A program made the translations under genes and the position numbers. A DNA stretch of 64,000 nt from Candidatus Poribacteria bacterium (GTDB taxonomy: Bacteria; Poribacteria; WGA-4E; WGA-3G): assembly GCA_965198235.1 (NCBI GenBank), contig OZ240248.1, forward strand, positions 512,001-576,000. The letters run 5' to 3'. A model generated the notes under the pieces. That model did no database searches. It saw only the letters and a program-made list of their open reading frames with translations, and was not told where the DNA came from. Positions 30,368-41,269 of the stretch are shown in pieces (positions within the stretch are counted from its first letter, which is position 1; each line of letters opens with the position of its first letter).

Positions 30368-30451
30368 TGCCCCCGACTGGACTCGAACCAGCATGCCAAT
30401 TAAGGCACAGGCCCTCAACCTGCTGTGTATACCAAATTCCACCACAGGGGC
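30368..30451 (-). tRNA. tRNA-Leu(GAG)
   Basis: GCCCCTG acceptor, TT-GAG-GG, long variable arm, GGTTCGAGTCC. Confidence 0.93.
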
Positions 30452-30463
30452 ATCGTATGGTTA

Positions 30464-30492
30464 ATTATACTTTACTTGGGTAGCAATGTCAA
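30464..30492 (-). promoter_or_regulatory. Consensus sigma70 promoter of tRNA-Leu
   Basis: TTGACA-17nt-TATAAT. Confidence 0.8.
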
Positions 30493-30569
30493 ATTTTTTT
30501 GGGGAGGATTTAAAAAAATAACGGTCGTGATTATCTCTCACGATGTTTACAGTTTTTTGGACAACAAAT

Positions 30570-33500
30570 ATGGACCCTTCTACATCGGCACTTGAACAAC
30601 AATTATCTAATACGCTTGCAGGAGAGGTGCGCTTTGATCAGTATTCTAAGGCACTCTATAGCACAGACGCGAGCCTCTACCAAATACAGCCGATAGGTGT
30701 TGTAATCCCGAAAGATAGCCAAGATGTTATTAAGACTGTGCAAATCGCAGCAGAACGCAACATTCCAATCCTTCCACGCGGTGGCGGCACGAGTCTCGCT
30801 GGACAGAGCGTCGGTGAGGCAATCGTGTTGGACATGTCCAAATATATGAATCAACTGCTTGAGGTAAATGTTTCCGAGCGTTGGGCGCGCGTGCAACCCG
30901 GTATTGTCTTAGACGAATTGAACCATAAGTTAAAATCTCACGGCTTGATGTATGCCCCTGATGTTGCCACGAGCAGTCGAGCGAACGTCGGTGGCACCAT
31001 CGGAAATAACTCCGCGGGTTCGCACTCCCTCATCTATGGTAAAACCATTGATCACGTCATGTCGCTTGACTTAGTCCTTTCCAACGCTGATGAAATCACA
31101 GCATCCCCCATTTCCATTGCAGAATTAGAGACTAAAAAACAGGGAGACACATTAGAGGCAAACATCTATCGTGAACTTTGTCGAGTGTGTACGAACAACG
31201 AAGCTGAGATCCGTAAACGTTATCCTCGTATCTTGCGTCGCGTTGCGGGTTACAACCTTGATGAGTTTATTCCAAACGCTGGTTCAAAAGAGGTTACACC
31301 TTATTGTCGCGATGGATGTGATGAAGACCATCCGTTTAGTTTGACGAAAATCCTTGTCGGTTCTGAAGGCACACTTGCAACAACTACTGAGGCAACGGTG
31401 AACCTCGTTCCAATTCCTCAATTGACCGCTCTGTGTGTCGTCCATTTCGAGTCACTTGTTGGCTCTATGGAGGCGATGCAACCTATCCTGGAATGTAACC
31501 CGACTGCCGTAGAACTTATAGACAAAACAATCCTTGATATGGCTCGGGATTCATTGGAATTTTCACGGCTTACCACTTTCATACAAGGCGAACCTACTGC
31601 ATTGCTTGCCGTTGAATTTTACGGTGAGACACGAGCGGAATTGGAGTCGCAGTTAGATAGGCTTGAAAAGACGTTGAAAAGCACGGATTTTGGTTATGCA
31701 TTCGTGCGCTGTTTCACCGCTGAGGAGAAGTCACGCGTCTGGGAGACTCGGAAAGCTGGGCTTGGGTTGTTGATGGGTATGAAGGGTGATGCGAAACCGG
31801 TTGGTTTCGTCGAAGATGCCGCGGTGTCGATAGAGAATTTACCGGAATACATCCGCCGATTTGACGAGATTGTCACATCACATGATACCACTGCTGCCTA
31901 CTACGCGCATGCGAGCGTTGGGCTATTGCACAACCGTCCTATTGTCAACCTCAAATCCGAAACCGATATTCAGAAAATGCACGACATTGCCCGCGAGGTT
32001 CGAGATCTGCTCATGGAATTAGATGGTGCGATGAGCGGTGAACACGGGGACGGGCTCGTCCGCAGTGAGTGGATAGAGAGCATGTTCGGTCCGCAGATAT
32101 ATCAAGCACTTGCTGAAGTGAAAAAAGCGTTTGATCCGAACGGGATTATGAATCCGGGTAAAATTGTTGACGCACCATCGATGACAGAGAATCTCCGCTT
32201 CGGTACAGACTACAACACCATTAAAGTTGATACTTACTTCGATTTTTCCAGTCAAGACGGATTTGGTGGAGCCATTGAAATGTGCAACGGTGTCGGTGCG
32301 TGTCGGAAAACACTGACTGGCACTATGTGTCCCTCCTTTATTGGCACACGTGAAGAGGAGCACTCGACACGTGGCCGTGCGAATGCGCTCCGATCGATTA
32401 TTTCAGGTGCATTGCCACATACGGAACTCACAGGTGAACGGCTCCAAGAAGTCTTAGACTTATGTCTGGGATGCAAAGCGTGCAAGGCGGAATGCCCATC
32501 TAATGTAGATATGGCGAAGATTAAGTATGAAGTCCTTGCCCATTATCACAAAGCAAACGGCTTACCTTTGCACCGGCGTTTGTTCGGTGAAATCGGCGCG
32601 CTCGCGCCTTTAGGATCGATGTTCTCACCTTTCTCTAACTGGACGGTCAACAACGGGCTTTCCAAATGGGTTGCCGAGAAACTCATCGGTGTCGATCGGC
32701 GGCGCGATATGCCAACCTTCGTACGTCCTACCCATGAACAGTGGTTCCGAAAGCGAAAGTCCCGACGAACATCAGACAAAAAGGTCGTCCTCTTTTCCGA
32801 TACCTTTATGAACTACAGCGAACCCTCTATTGGTAAAGCTGCGGTGGAATTGCTTGAAGCGTGTGGATTCGAAGTGTTACTGCCGAAAAAAAGGTGTTGT
32901 GGACGACCTCTTATCTCCGAGGGAATGCTTGACCGAGCTGTTGCGAATGCGAGTTACAACATTGACGTGCTTCGCGGTTATGCTGACGCGGGAATTCCAA
33001 TTGTTGGGTGTGAACCGAGTTGTACCTCTGCTATCACTGATGATTACGTTGAGTTGATCGGTACGCCTGACGCGAAACGTGTTGCTGAGGCGACTTGTTC
33101 ATTTGAGGAATTTTTTGTTCAACTTGCTGAAAAGGGTGAATTGCCCCTGGAATTCTCGACAGAACCGTGTGACATCTTGCTGCACGGACATTGCCATCAG
33201 CGAGCACTTGTCGGTATCCAACCGACTGTGAAGATGTTAAGTTTGCCGTCGGAACACAATGTCACTGTGATTGATTCAAGCTGTTGCGGCATGGCGGGTG
33301 CATTCGGATATGAGAAGGCACACTATGATCTTTCTATGAAAATTGGCGAATTGAGACTTTTCGAGGCTGTCCGTGAGAAATCACCGGGCAGTTTTTCGCT
33401 AAGTGCTGCTGGCTTTTCTTGTAGACATCAGCTGGAACATGGGACGGGTGTGCAACCGAAGCATCCGGTTGAAATCTTACGTGAGGCGGTTCTGAAATAG
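30570..33500 (+). CDS. FAD-binding/Fe-S oxidoreductase (GlcD+GlcF fusion, YdiJ-like)
   Basis: RGGGTSLAGQ, GSEGTL, SGEHGDG, CNGVGAC, CLGCKACKAECP, CCG domains. Confidence 0.9.
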   Translation: MDPSTSALEQQLSNTLAGEVRFDQYSKALYSTDASLYQIQPIGVVIPKDSQDVIKTVQIAAERNIPILPRGGGTSLAGQSVGEAIVLDMSKYMNQLLEVNVSERWARVQPGIVLDELNHKLKSHGLMYAPDVATSSRANVGGTIGNNSAGSHSLIYGKTIDHVMSLDLVLSNADEITASPISIAELETKKQGDTLEANIYRELCRVCTNNEAEIRKRYPRILRRVAGYNLDEFIPNAGSKEVTPYCRDGCDEDHPFSLTKILVGSEGTLATTTEATVNLVPIPQLTALCVVHFESLVGSMEAMQPILECNPTAVELIDKTILDMARDSLEFSRLTTFIQGEPTALLAVEFYGETRAELESQLDRLEKTLKSTDFGYAFVRCFTAEEKSRVWETRKAGLGLLMGMKGDAKPVGFVEDAAVSIENLPEYIRRFDEIVTSHDTTAAYYAHASVGLLHNRPIVNLKSETDIQKMHDIAREVRDLLMELDGAMSGEHGDGLVRSEWIESMFGPQIYQALAEVKKAFDPNGIMNPGKIVDAPSMTENLRFGTDYNTIKVDTYFDFSSQDGFGGAIEMCNGVGACRKTLTGTMCPSFIGTREEEHSTRGRANALRSIISGALPHTELTGERLQEVLDLCLGCKACKAECPSNVDMAKIKYEVLAHYHKANGLPLHRRLFGEIGALAPLGSMFSPFSNWTVNNGLSKWVAEKLIGVDRRRDMPTFVRPTHEQWFRKRKSRRTSDKKVVLFSDTFMNYSEPSIGKAAVELLEACGFEVLLPKKRCCGRPLISEGMLDRAVANASYNIDVLRGYADAGIPIVGCEPSCTSAITDDYVELIGTPDAKRVAEATCSFEEFFVQLAEKGELPLEFSTEPCDILLHGHCHQRALVGIQPTVKMLSLPSEHNVTVIDSSCCGMAGAFGYEKAHYDLSMKIGELRLFEAVREKSPGSFSLSAAGFSCRHQLEHGTGVQPKHPVEILREAVLK

Positions 33501-33572
33501 ATTAAAGGGCTTGATCAGAGCGGCGGGTTTACATGACCGAGAACTCAACGTTATTCACGTGAGGAAGAAGCA

Positions 33573-35003
33573 ATGGCTAAGATTTATCAACCGCTCGACG
33601 ATTTCAGGATCGTCGAATTGCCAGAGAAACAGTTACCTTTTTGGAAAATTGCGGGTCCCGGTGCTATCTTAGTCGGTCTGTCTATTGGTGCGGGTGAGAG
33701 TGTGATTTGGCCTCTCATCGCCGCTGAGTATGGCGGGAGCATGATCTGGGCGGCGGTGCTCGGTGTATTCCTTCAACTCTGGATTAACTTTGAAGTGGGC
33801 CGCTGGACGATCGCTACAGGCGAGACGGTGTATACGGGGTACAACCGTATCTGGCGAGGTTTTGCCCCGTTGTTCATTCTACTAACTGTGGTGGGTTGGA
33901 TAGCACCGGGATGGGCACGGACATCGGGACTCGCGCTCAAAGCACTCATACTTGGACCTGGTGGTTGGGGTTCTGATACCTTTTGGACAATAGTGACGTT
34001 TGCTGGGGTCGCGCTCATCCTCTTTGGACCGAAGATGATTTACCAATCCGTCGAACGGACGGTTGAGGTGCTTGTCGCCATTATAACAATTGGATTGATT
34101 CTGGTTGCCATCGCTGTGGGTTCAATGGAAACATGGCAGAAACTCGGTTCTGGTCTGATAAATGTTGGATACATAGACCCAGGCATGTCGGTGAAAAAAT
34201 TGTTTAGTGCGTTAGTCTTCGCAGGCGCGGGGGGGACAGCAAACCTCTTTTACACGTTCTATCTACGCGATAAAAACATCGGTATGGGTGCGCAGTTGCC
34301 GGGGCTACAGAACCCTCTTCGAGGTAGGAGCGAAAAGGTGCCTGCGACGGGGTTTCTCTTTGAGGTGACGGAGGAAAACCGAAAACGCTTCGCTGCATGG
34401 TGGCAATATGTGAAAAATGACCAGATATTCTTTTTTTGGGCACTCAACACATTCACGATTCTGCTTTTCATTTTCGGCGCGCTCGCTGTCTTACACCCTC
34501 AGGGGATTGTCCCTGAACAAGGCAGACTCATTTACGACGAAGCGCGGATATTAGGCGAAATCTGGGGTGTGGTGGGGCAGAGAATCTTCTTATTGGTTGG
34601 TGTCGCGACGCTTTTTGGAACGCAACTCGCGCTGGTTGATGGGGTGTCGCGTTCCATTTCTGACATTATCTACACTAACTTCCGAGGGGCACAAAAACGA
34701 AGCTTAAGTTGGTGGTACCTCCTCATCGCAGGCATCTGGATCGTCGGTGGGTGTGTAATCACCTTCGTTATGGAGCAGTTAAACGTCAGTGAATTAGGAT
34801 TTCTCTTTAATGCGGCGTATATGGGCGGTTTCGCTATGGCGATTTATGTGCCGCTTACCCTTTACATGAACTACCGCTTTCTGCCTGATTTCGCAAAACC
34901 GAAACGGCTTTCTACCCTCATGATGGTAATCGCTTCATGTGTCTATATCGGATTTGCGATTTCAAGTATTGTCTGGGAAGTTAAACAATTAATCGGAGGC
35001 TAA
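33573..35003 (+). CDS. Nramp-like/APC superfamily transporter
   Basis: GPGAILVGLSIGAGE..WP, multiple TMs. Confidence 0.8.
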   Translation: MAKIYQPLDDFRIVELPEKQLPFWKIAGPGAILVGLSIGAGESVIWPLIAAEYGGSMIWAAVLGVFLQLWINFEVGRWTIATGETVYTGYNRIWRGFAPLFILLTVVGWIAPGWARTSGLALKALILGPGGWGSDTFWTIVTFAGVALILFGPKMIYQSVERTVEVLVAIITIGLILVAIAVGSMETWQKLGSGLINVGYIDPGMSVKKLFSALVFAGAGGTANLFYTFYLRDKNIGMGAQLPGLQNPLRGRSEKVPATGFLFEVTEENRKRFAAWWQYVKNDQIFFFWALNTFTILLFIFGALAVLHPQGIVPEQGRLIYDEARILGEIWGVVGQRIFLLVGVATLFGTQLALVDGVSRSISDIIYTNFRGAQKRSLSWWYLLIAGIWIVGGCVITFVMEQLNVSELGFLFNAAYMGGFAMAIYVPLTLYMNYRFLPDFAKPKRLSTLMMVIASCVYIGFAISSIVWEVKQLIGG

Positions 35004-35004
35004 A

Positions 35005-35823
35005 ATGGATTTGAAGGAGCGAAAAGCGTTTTTTGAAAAGGAAGGTTATCTCGTTGTTGAGAACCTGTTATCGGCAGCAGAAGTCGAAACGTGCCAAGCA
35101 GATATCCACCGTTTGCATCAGTTTGCTGCAGGACAGGAGTCCAATGTGGAGAAGGAACAAGCAGAGGTCGCACGTCGGCACGTACAGCATGAACCGTTTG
35201 CCAAAGACGAAACACAAGGGGACAGTTTACCCGTGCTGCGGAAGGCAGAAAATACGTGTCAGTACTCTGAAGTATTTCGGGACCTCGCACAACATCCGAA
35301 ACTCATTAGAGTTGTTCAAGAACTCATTGGGACAGACCTGCTGCTCTTTAGAAGTACGCTGATGTTCAAACCGGCGTTTCATGGATCTTCGCACGGGTTG
35401 CATCAAGATTCAGCGTATTGGCCCATGGAGCCCCCGAGCCTTGTTACCGTGAGTATTGCCCTCAACGACGCTACACTTGAAAATGGCTGTTTTAAGGTAA
35501 TTCCGAGGAGTCATTTGTGGGGGATGCAGTCTTGGGGACATATTGCACGTCAGCAGGGTGCAGAACTCACTGATCGGAAAGAGGTCACGGAGCAACAGAT
35601 GGATGTCCCACTTTCTGCGGGAAGTGCTCTATTTTTCCATAGTTTGATGGTACACGGTTCCGGACCAAACGCTACGCCTAACCCTCGGAATACGGCGTTA
35701 TACGCCTATTTCTCACCGCAGGTCCGGTATGTGCCGAAAGATGGAAAGCCAGGAGAGAAAACATTCCCCGTTGTTGCAGGACTCGATGGCAAAACGGAAC
35801 TGACGCTTGTTGCCCAAACATAG
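35005..35823 (+). CDS. PhyH family dioxygenase
   Basis: MFKP, HQDSAYW, DATLENGC, HGSGPN. Confidence 0.88.
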   Translation: MDLKERKAFFEKEGYLVVENLLSAAEVETCQADIHRLHQFAAGQESNVEKEQAEVARRHVQHEPFAKDETQGDSLPVLRKAENTCQYSEVFRDLAQHPKLIRVVQELIGTDLLLFRSTLMFKPAFHGSSHGLHQDSAYWPMEPPSLVTVSIALNDATLENGCFKVIPRSHLWGMQSWGHIARQQGAELTDRKEVTEQQMDVPLSAGSALFFHSLMVHGSGPNATPNPRNTALYAYFSPQVRYVPKDGKPGEKTFPVVAGLDGKTELTLVAQT

Positions 35824-36042
35824 AGAATACTCAAACAGTTACAAAACACGCGAAGGCGTTCACAGAATTCTGAAATTGTGGCGTTTGATTTTCCATTTTG
35901 AGAGAAGTCGTGACATCTCCTCCTATAGCGGACAGATATTCCTACGCGGATGTTTGGCCTTATAGGGAAGAACGAAATGACCTTAATATTCAGGAACTGG
36001 GTGGAAATTTCACATCGGACGGAGGGATATACTGTCATCATT

Positions 36043-36978
36043 ATGGACGAAATTACCAAAGATCTTTCGGAAGAAAAAAGCAGCCAGATGCCTGTTGTTA
36101 GAAAGCAGGGGGGTGCGAAAGTAGAACCCGCGAAATCCAAGGCACTTGTTGTTTATGAGGAACAGGAAACTGCCCCTCAAAAAAAGGGTTTCTTCGGGAA
36201 ATCGAGACGAAAACCGACACCGTCTCGCGGACAACTTTCGCAGTTATTTCTGGAGAATATCGAGACGTTTTCTGAACACGAGACCCAACTGTTACGTGCA
36301 ATCTTCGATTTGAAAACCTTGACGGCGCAGGAGGTGATGGTCCCCTTGTCAGAGATAGTTCCCCTGACAGTAGGATCGCCGTGCTCTGAAATTCCAAAGT
36401 ACTGTCGCGCTTCCAACTATCGTTACATTCCTGTCTATAATGAGCGCGTTGACTGGTTGATCGGAGTGGTTGATGCGATGGAAGTATTCACAAGCGATCA
36501 ATATAACGAAGATTTAGCACTATTTGTAAGGGATGTGCATTATGTACCCGCGCTGAAGCCTGCAATGGATTTATTGAACGAACTGCGGCAACTCAAGGTA
36601 CCTGCTGCAATTGTGGTCAACGAGCACGGAAGTTGTGTCGGGATTGTAGAATTAATAGATATTTTGGAAAAGGTTGTAGGCGAAATAGAGGCGAATCGGA
36701 AACGGGATACACCTCGCGTTGAGCAACTCGGAGGAAACGAGTGGCGTATTGATGCACGCGTGTTAATTTCTGAAGTCAATACCGCGTTAGATATCCAAAT
36801 TCCCACAGATCGGTGTGATACCATCGGCGGCTTTATCCTTATGTTACTCGGGCGATTGCCACAGAAAGGCGAAAAAGTTGAATATGAAGACTTTGAATTT
36901 AACGTAGACGAAGTCTGCAAGTACCGTATTTCTGGCATCCGAGCTATTAAAAAAGCTGTAGGGAAAACTCGGCGATGA
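36043..36978 (+). CDS. CBS-CorC/HlyC domain protein
   Basis: EVMVP, YRYIPVY, VNEHG..GIV..DILE..VGEI, DTIGGFI. Confidence 0.85.
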   Translation: MDEITKDLSEEKSSQMPVVRKQGGAKVEPAKSKALVVYEEQETAPQKKGFFGKSRRKPTPSRGQLSQLFLENIETFSEHETQLLRAIFDLKTLTAQEVMVPLSEIVPLTVGSPCSEIPKYCRASNYRYIPVYNERVDWLIGVVDAMEVFTSDQYNEDLALFVRDVHYVPALKPAMDLLNELRQLKVPAAIVVNEHGSCVGIVELIDILEKVVGEIEANRKRDTPRVEQLGGNEWRIDARVLISEVNTALDIQIPTDRCDTIGGFILMLLGRLPQKGEKVEYEDFEFNVDEVCKYRISGIRAIKKAVGKTRR

Positions 36979-37497
36979 AGGTGCTGAATTCAATATCAGG
37001 TAGATTTTTCAGGACAGGATATATGCTCAAAATTTATGCAAATTTCACGTTTTTTTACATTAGAATGGATGCATAAATACGATTTTGTGGGTGAGGATAC
37101 CTGCTAAAGATACCTAAGCGTGAAGAAACGCCCTTGCAAAACCCTGCGGAAAAAAGCAAAAGAGAAATCATGAGGTTGAAACGCTCTCGTCATCCCATTT
37201 TTAAAAGAACGCGTATTCGAGCATTAATTGTGTGGTACCTCATTCTACTTGGTGGTATCATCGTTCTTGTCTGGAAAATGCCAGCGATTGTCTCGCGCTT
37301 GTAACACGATCTAATGCAAACAGTGCGAAAATTTCGATTCGTCAGATTGTGTCGCTACGGATTTCTGATACTCAAAAACAGATGAACTGGGTAAATGCTA
37401 AGAAGAGCAATACTAACTGCTGTTAATTTTGGTATTATGACTTTGGTATACTTTAAGAGATTAGAGACTTTTAAAATTGTAAGGGAGGATTGATGGG

Positions 37498-38469
37498 ATG
37501 TACACTCTTATTCTTATGTCATTTCGTGGAAACTCCGTTCGTCAGCACGTCATCGACCAAGGACGCTTATTGCTTCTCTTTTTCGTCATTTTTGCTGTGT
37601 TCCTCACAATGATTGGTGGACTGGGTTACGGACTCTTTCAAAAGTGGCAGAGAGCCAGTTCCGAGAAGAGACTACAGGCAAGTCAGGAAGAAATTGATAA
37701 ATTAATGCAGGCAAAACTCCAGGTTGAATTGAAACTCGCTGGTGTTAATGAGGAGATGAAAGATATTCGCCAGATGACAGAAAAGATTCAACTGGCTTTG
37801 GGGATCCTCGGGCAAGGCGGTGGGGGTAGTAGTGTCTATTGGGTACCTGAAGGGACTGAAGGGTCAGCTGATACTCGGCAGGAAAATGCCTCAGGGACTG
37901 ATAGCACTTCGGATCATACACACGAAAAACAGGAATCGTTAACGCCCAGTATCCTAAAGCATGAGATTCTGCCTCTCTATGATTATGTCAGCGAACGTCA
38001 AAGACGCATTGATGGATATCCTTCGATTCTACCTGTGAAACTTCAACAGGAAAACGGAGAGACATACGGTTATTGGTATTCTTCTGGTTTTGGGCGGCGT
38101 ACCCATCCGTTGACGAAGAAACGCGAATTTCACCAAGGATTGGATATTAAAACCCGATCCGGAGTTCCTGTTATCGCTACCGCTGATGGAACAGTTGTGA
38201 AGGCACAGAGGACCGGCTATTTAGGAAAGATAATTGAAATTGACCATGAAGGAGACCGGTTCAAAACATTATACGCACATTTGAAAGATTACGCGGACGG
38301 CCTCAAAGTTGGGCAAAAAGTGACGCGCGGTCAGATTATCGGCTACGTCGGAAATACCGGTCGTAGTACGGGTGCGCACCTACACTATGGAGTTTATAAT
38401 ATGAAAAAAAAGAAGTGGGTGAATCCGTTTAAATATATCTTTGATCAGCAACCAACATTTTCACCATAA
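37498..38469 (+). CDS. M23 family metallopeptidase
   Basis: FHQGLD, YAHL, GNTGRSTGAHLHY; N-terminal TM and coiled coil. Confidence 0.92.
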   Translation: MYTLILMSFRGNSVRQHVIDQGRLLLLFFVIFAVFLTMIGGLGYGLFQKWQRASSEKRLQASQEEIDKLMQAKLQVELKLAGVNEEMKDIRQMTEKIQLALGILGQGGGGSSVYWVPEGTEGSADTRQENASGTDSTSDHTHEKQESLTPSILKHEILPLYDYVSERQRRIDGYPSILPVKLQQENGETYGYWYSSGFGRRTHPLTKKREFHQGLDIKTRSGVPVIATADGTVVKAQRTGYLGKIIEIDHEGDRFKTLYAHLKDYADGLKVGQKVTRGQIIGYVGNTGRSTGAHLHYGVYNMKKKKWVNPFKYIFDQQPTFSP

Positions 38470-38506
38470 TTGCATGTCTTCAGTATTACTAAGGAGAGTG
38501 AAAAAT

Positions 38507-39937
38507 ATGTCCTATTTAAAACCCCTCGGACGTTGCAGCACATATTTTGCAACGTGGAGGATTGTATTATGTCTTTTGGCACTACCTGCTGTGCTGTTTG
38601 CACAGGATGAACTTATCATTATTTCGCCACATCCAGAGGGAACTGAGACGGAGTTTGGAAATAATTTCGAGAAGTGGTACGAGGAACAAACCGGTAGAAC
38701 AGTCAAAACCGACTGGCGAGATGTGGGTGGCACCTCTTCCAACTATCGGTTCATTGAATCGGAGTTTAAGCGCGTGCCAGACGGCATCGGTGTTGATATT
38801 TTCTTTGGTGGCGGCACTGACAATTATCTCCGCCTTTCAAATAACGGTTGGTTGAACCCTTACAAACTACCTGAGGCACAACTTGCGCAGATGACGCAAT
38901 CGTTTCAAGGGATCCCGCTCTACGATGTCGAACATCAGTGGTATGGTGCAGCGTTATCAAGTTTCGGCATCATGTACAATGAGGAACTGCGTGAAATGCT
39001 CAGTCTCCCAAAAACCGCGGCATGGCAGGATTTGGGTGATGTGGCGTTGCTCGGTAAAATTGGCGCAGCCGATCCAAGAGAGAGTGGTTCGGCACACATG
39101 GTGTATGAGATCATCCTTCAAACCCTCGGATGGGAAGAAGGGTTTGCCCTCCTGACAAAGATCGGCGGTAATGTTCGCGGTTTCTCCGCTGGTGCCAACG
39201 CTATCCCGACGGATGTCGTCGCTGGACAAGTCATTTATGGACTCGCAATCGATTTTTATGCGTACGGTCAAATTGCTGTTGTCGGTGCGGATAAGATCAA
39301 ATATGTTGTTCCAGCCGATGGCGCGGTAGTCAATGCTGATCCTATTGCAATCCTCAAAGGCGCACCGAATCTGCCCGTCGCACAAAAGTTCCTTGAATTC
39401 GTTTTATCGGAAGACGCACAGAAACTCTGGATGCTCCGCAACAAACCAACGAAAGCCGAACTCGCCGAAGCAGAGAATGATCCGCAGAAACTCCTGATGC
39501 TCAAAAAAATTACCGATTCGGAGGGGCCTAAATGGAAGGGTGGTTTGAACCGTGCGAGTGTTCTACCAGCACTTTATGACAAATTAGGCGAGCGATGCAC
39601 CGTCCCAAATCCATTTACTATGGAGGGGACTCCATTCCAATACAACTCAAAGAAAGGCAGTGAACGATGGAATATCGTTAATGGCCTTTTCGGTGTTTTG
39701 ATTATTGATTCGCATAAGGATCTCGTCAACGCGTGGAAGGCAATCCGGAAGTGTAAGGACCCGGCGAAACGTGACGCAGCGATTGCGGTTTTAACGAAGA
39801 TACCGATAACCGAAGAAGAAGCGATGAAGATGGCAGGTGCTGACTGGAAGGACCCGACAGTCCGCAACGAAAAAATCAAGGAATGGGGACAATTCGCTAA
39901 GGAGAAATTCAAAGAGGCACGAAATCTGGCAAGATAA
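38507..39937 (+). CDS. ABC transporter extracellular solute-binding protein (FbpA/AfuA-like)
   Basis: Signal peptide, IISPH, DIFFGGG, ADPRESGS, DPIAILKG. Confidence 0.85.
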   Translation: MSYLKPLGRCSTYFATWRIVLCLLALPAVLFAQDELIIISPHPEGTETEFGNNFEKWYEEQTGRTVKTDWRDVGGTSSNYRFIESEFKRVPDGIGVDIFFGGGTDNYLRLSNNGWLNPYKLPEAQLAQMTQSFQGIPLYDVEHQWYGAALSSFGIMYNEELREMLSLPKTAAWQDLGDVALLGKIGAADPRESGSAHMVYEIILQTLGWEEGFALLTKIGGNVRGFSAGANAIPTDVVAGQVIYGLAIDFYAYGQIAVVGADKIKYVVPADGAVVNADPIAILKGAPNLPVAQKFLEFVLSEDAQKLWMLRNKPTKAELAEAENDPQKLLMLKKITDSEGPKWKGGLNRASVLPALYDKLGERCTVPNPFTMEGTPFQYNSKKGSERWNIVNGLFGVLIIDSHKDLVNAWKAIRKCKDPAKRDAAIAVLTKIPITEEEAMKMAGADWKDPTVRNEKIKEWGQFAKEKFKEARNLAR

Positions 39938-39973
39938 TCTTGTATAACACTGGGGCTTGGTGCGGAGGTCTCT

Positions 39974-40750
39974 ATGCAAAAGATCATTACTGGTGATGCA
40001 TGCCGAGTGTTACCAGAACTTCCAAGTGCCTCCTGCCAAGCCGTCATCGTCGATCCACCCTACTATAATGTCCTGACAGATGAAAAGTGGGATACGCAGT
40101 GGGATTCTGAGGAGGCTTACCTCACCTGGTCGTTGCAATGGATTCGCGAGTGCATGCGAGTACTCAAAGAGGATGGCCTTTTCTTCTGCTTCGGTCAACT
40201 CGGCAAGCGTGAACATGTCTTTATTCACCTCATGTCGCGGCTCTGCGACGAATTTCAATTTCACGACCTTATTATATGGGATCGAGCGGTAGGCTACAAC
40301 GAACGGCGCGATAGTTTCACCCCCGCATACGAGATGATTTTGGTGCTGCGGAAAAGCGACACCGTCAAGTTTATCAAGGACGCTGTCCGCGTGCCTTACG
40401 ACGAACAGACGATAGCGGCATATCTCAAAGATACGCGCTATAAGGACAAAGCGGCGCGGCAACAGCATCTACTTGCGGGTAAATACGAGACTAATCTTAT
40501 ACGGGTCCCAAGCCTAAAGGGTGCTTCAAAAGAGAAATGTGGGCATCCAAGTCAGAAGCCGTCTGCACTCATTGAAAAGCTTATCCTCTGTTCAACTGAT
40601 GTTGGGGACACAGTGCTGGATCCATTTTTAGGTTCGGGAACGACAAGTGTCGCTGCGCAAGCGTTGGGAAGAGATTGGATTGGGGTTGAAGTGAACCCGC
40701 ATTACGTTGAAATGGCACAGCAACGGCTACAGCAGTGTAGGTTGAGTTGA
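39974..40750 (+). CDS. Orphan N4/N6 DNA methyltransferase (beta class)
   Basis: DPPY precedes HPSQKP and VLDPFLGSGTT. Confidence 0.9.
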   Translation: MQKIITGDACRVLPELPSASCQAVIVDPPYYNVLTDEKWDTQWDSEEAYLTWSLQWIRECMRVLKEDGLFFCFGQLGKREHVFIHLMSRLCDEFQFHDLIIWDRAVGYNERRDSFTPAYEMILVLRKSDTVKFIKDAVRVPYDEQTIAAYLKDTRYKDKAARQQHLLAGKYETNLIRVPSLKGASKEKCGHPSQKPSALIEKLILCSTDVGDTVLDPFLGSGTTSVAAQALGRDWIGVEVNPHYVEMAQQRLQQCRLS

Positions 40751-40800
40751 ACGGTAAAAGGCGAATCTCTATCAATTTCCGCCCAACCCGGTCTGTGTGC

Positions 40801-41237
40801 TACTAAACATCTGGGATTGTTCCGAACGCACCGCCCTCAATGAGACTTTCAATGGCGTATTCATTTATCCCATCTACCGGCACCTGAAAATCTTGTAGCG
40901 ATGCGAACACGTTTTCGGATTCTCTCTACTAAAATCATATCTATTTCTCCTCCCTAACCGTTTCAGTGGCAACAAGCGTGATGTTCGGCATACTCGGTAT
41001 AAGCCCTGTTAACTTTTCAACATTTTCGAGAGGTACCTCAAGTGCGCGACCGACATCCTTGATAGCGGCTTTCGCACTCAATGTGGCAAAGGTAGCGACT
41101 TTGCTGACGGAATCTGCCCCATATTTTTTCGCGAGATACTCGATCACATGTTCACGGGCGCGATCGGCGAAGTCAATATCAATATCTGGAGTGCTGAGAC
41201 GCTCAAGGTTTAAAAATTTTTCTGTGAATAGCGGAAT
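40801..41237 (-). pseudogene. dnaE: dnaE (DNA polymerase III alpha) relic in two fragments
   Basis: FLNLERLSTPDIDIDF..REHVIEY..KYG..TF.T..AKAAIKDVGRAL, then after stops/frameshift VFASLQDF..INEYAIESLIEGGAFG. Confidence 0.8.
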
Positions 41238-41269
41238 TTAGTAGACGACGCTTGTCGTAGGAAAACCTT

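Noticed and set aside
30324-30570. Integrative element at tRNA-Leu
   Set aside because: No integrase or duplicated tRNA 3' end was seen, and the flanks look housekeeping.
36979-37497. Hidden gene or ncRNA in the 520-nt gap before the M23 peptidase
   Set aside because: Only a motif-less 64-aa ORF and no convincing stems were found; it looks like an AT-rich regulatory region.
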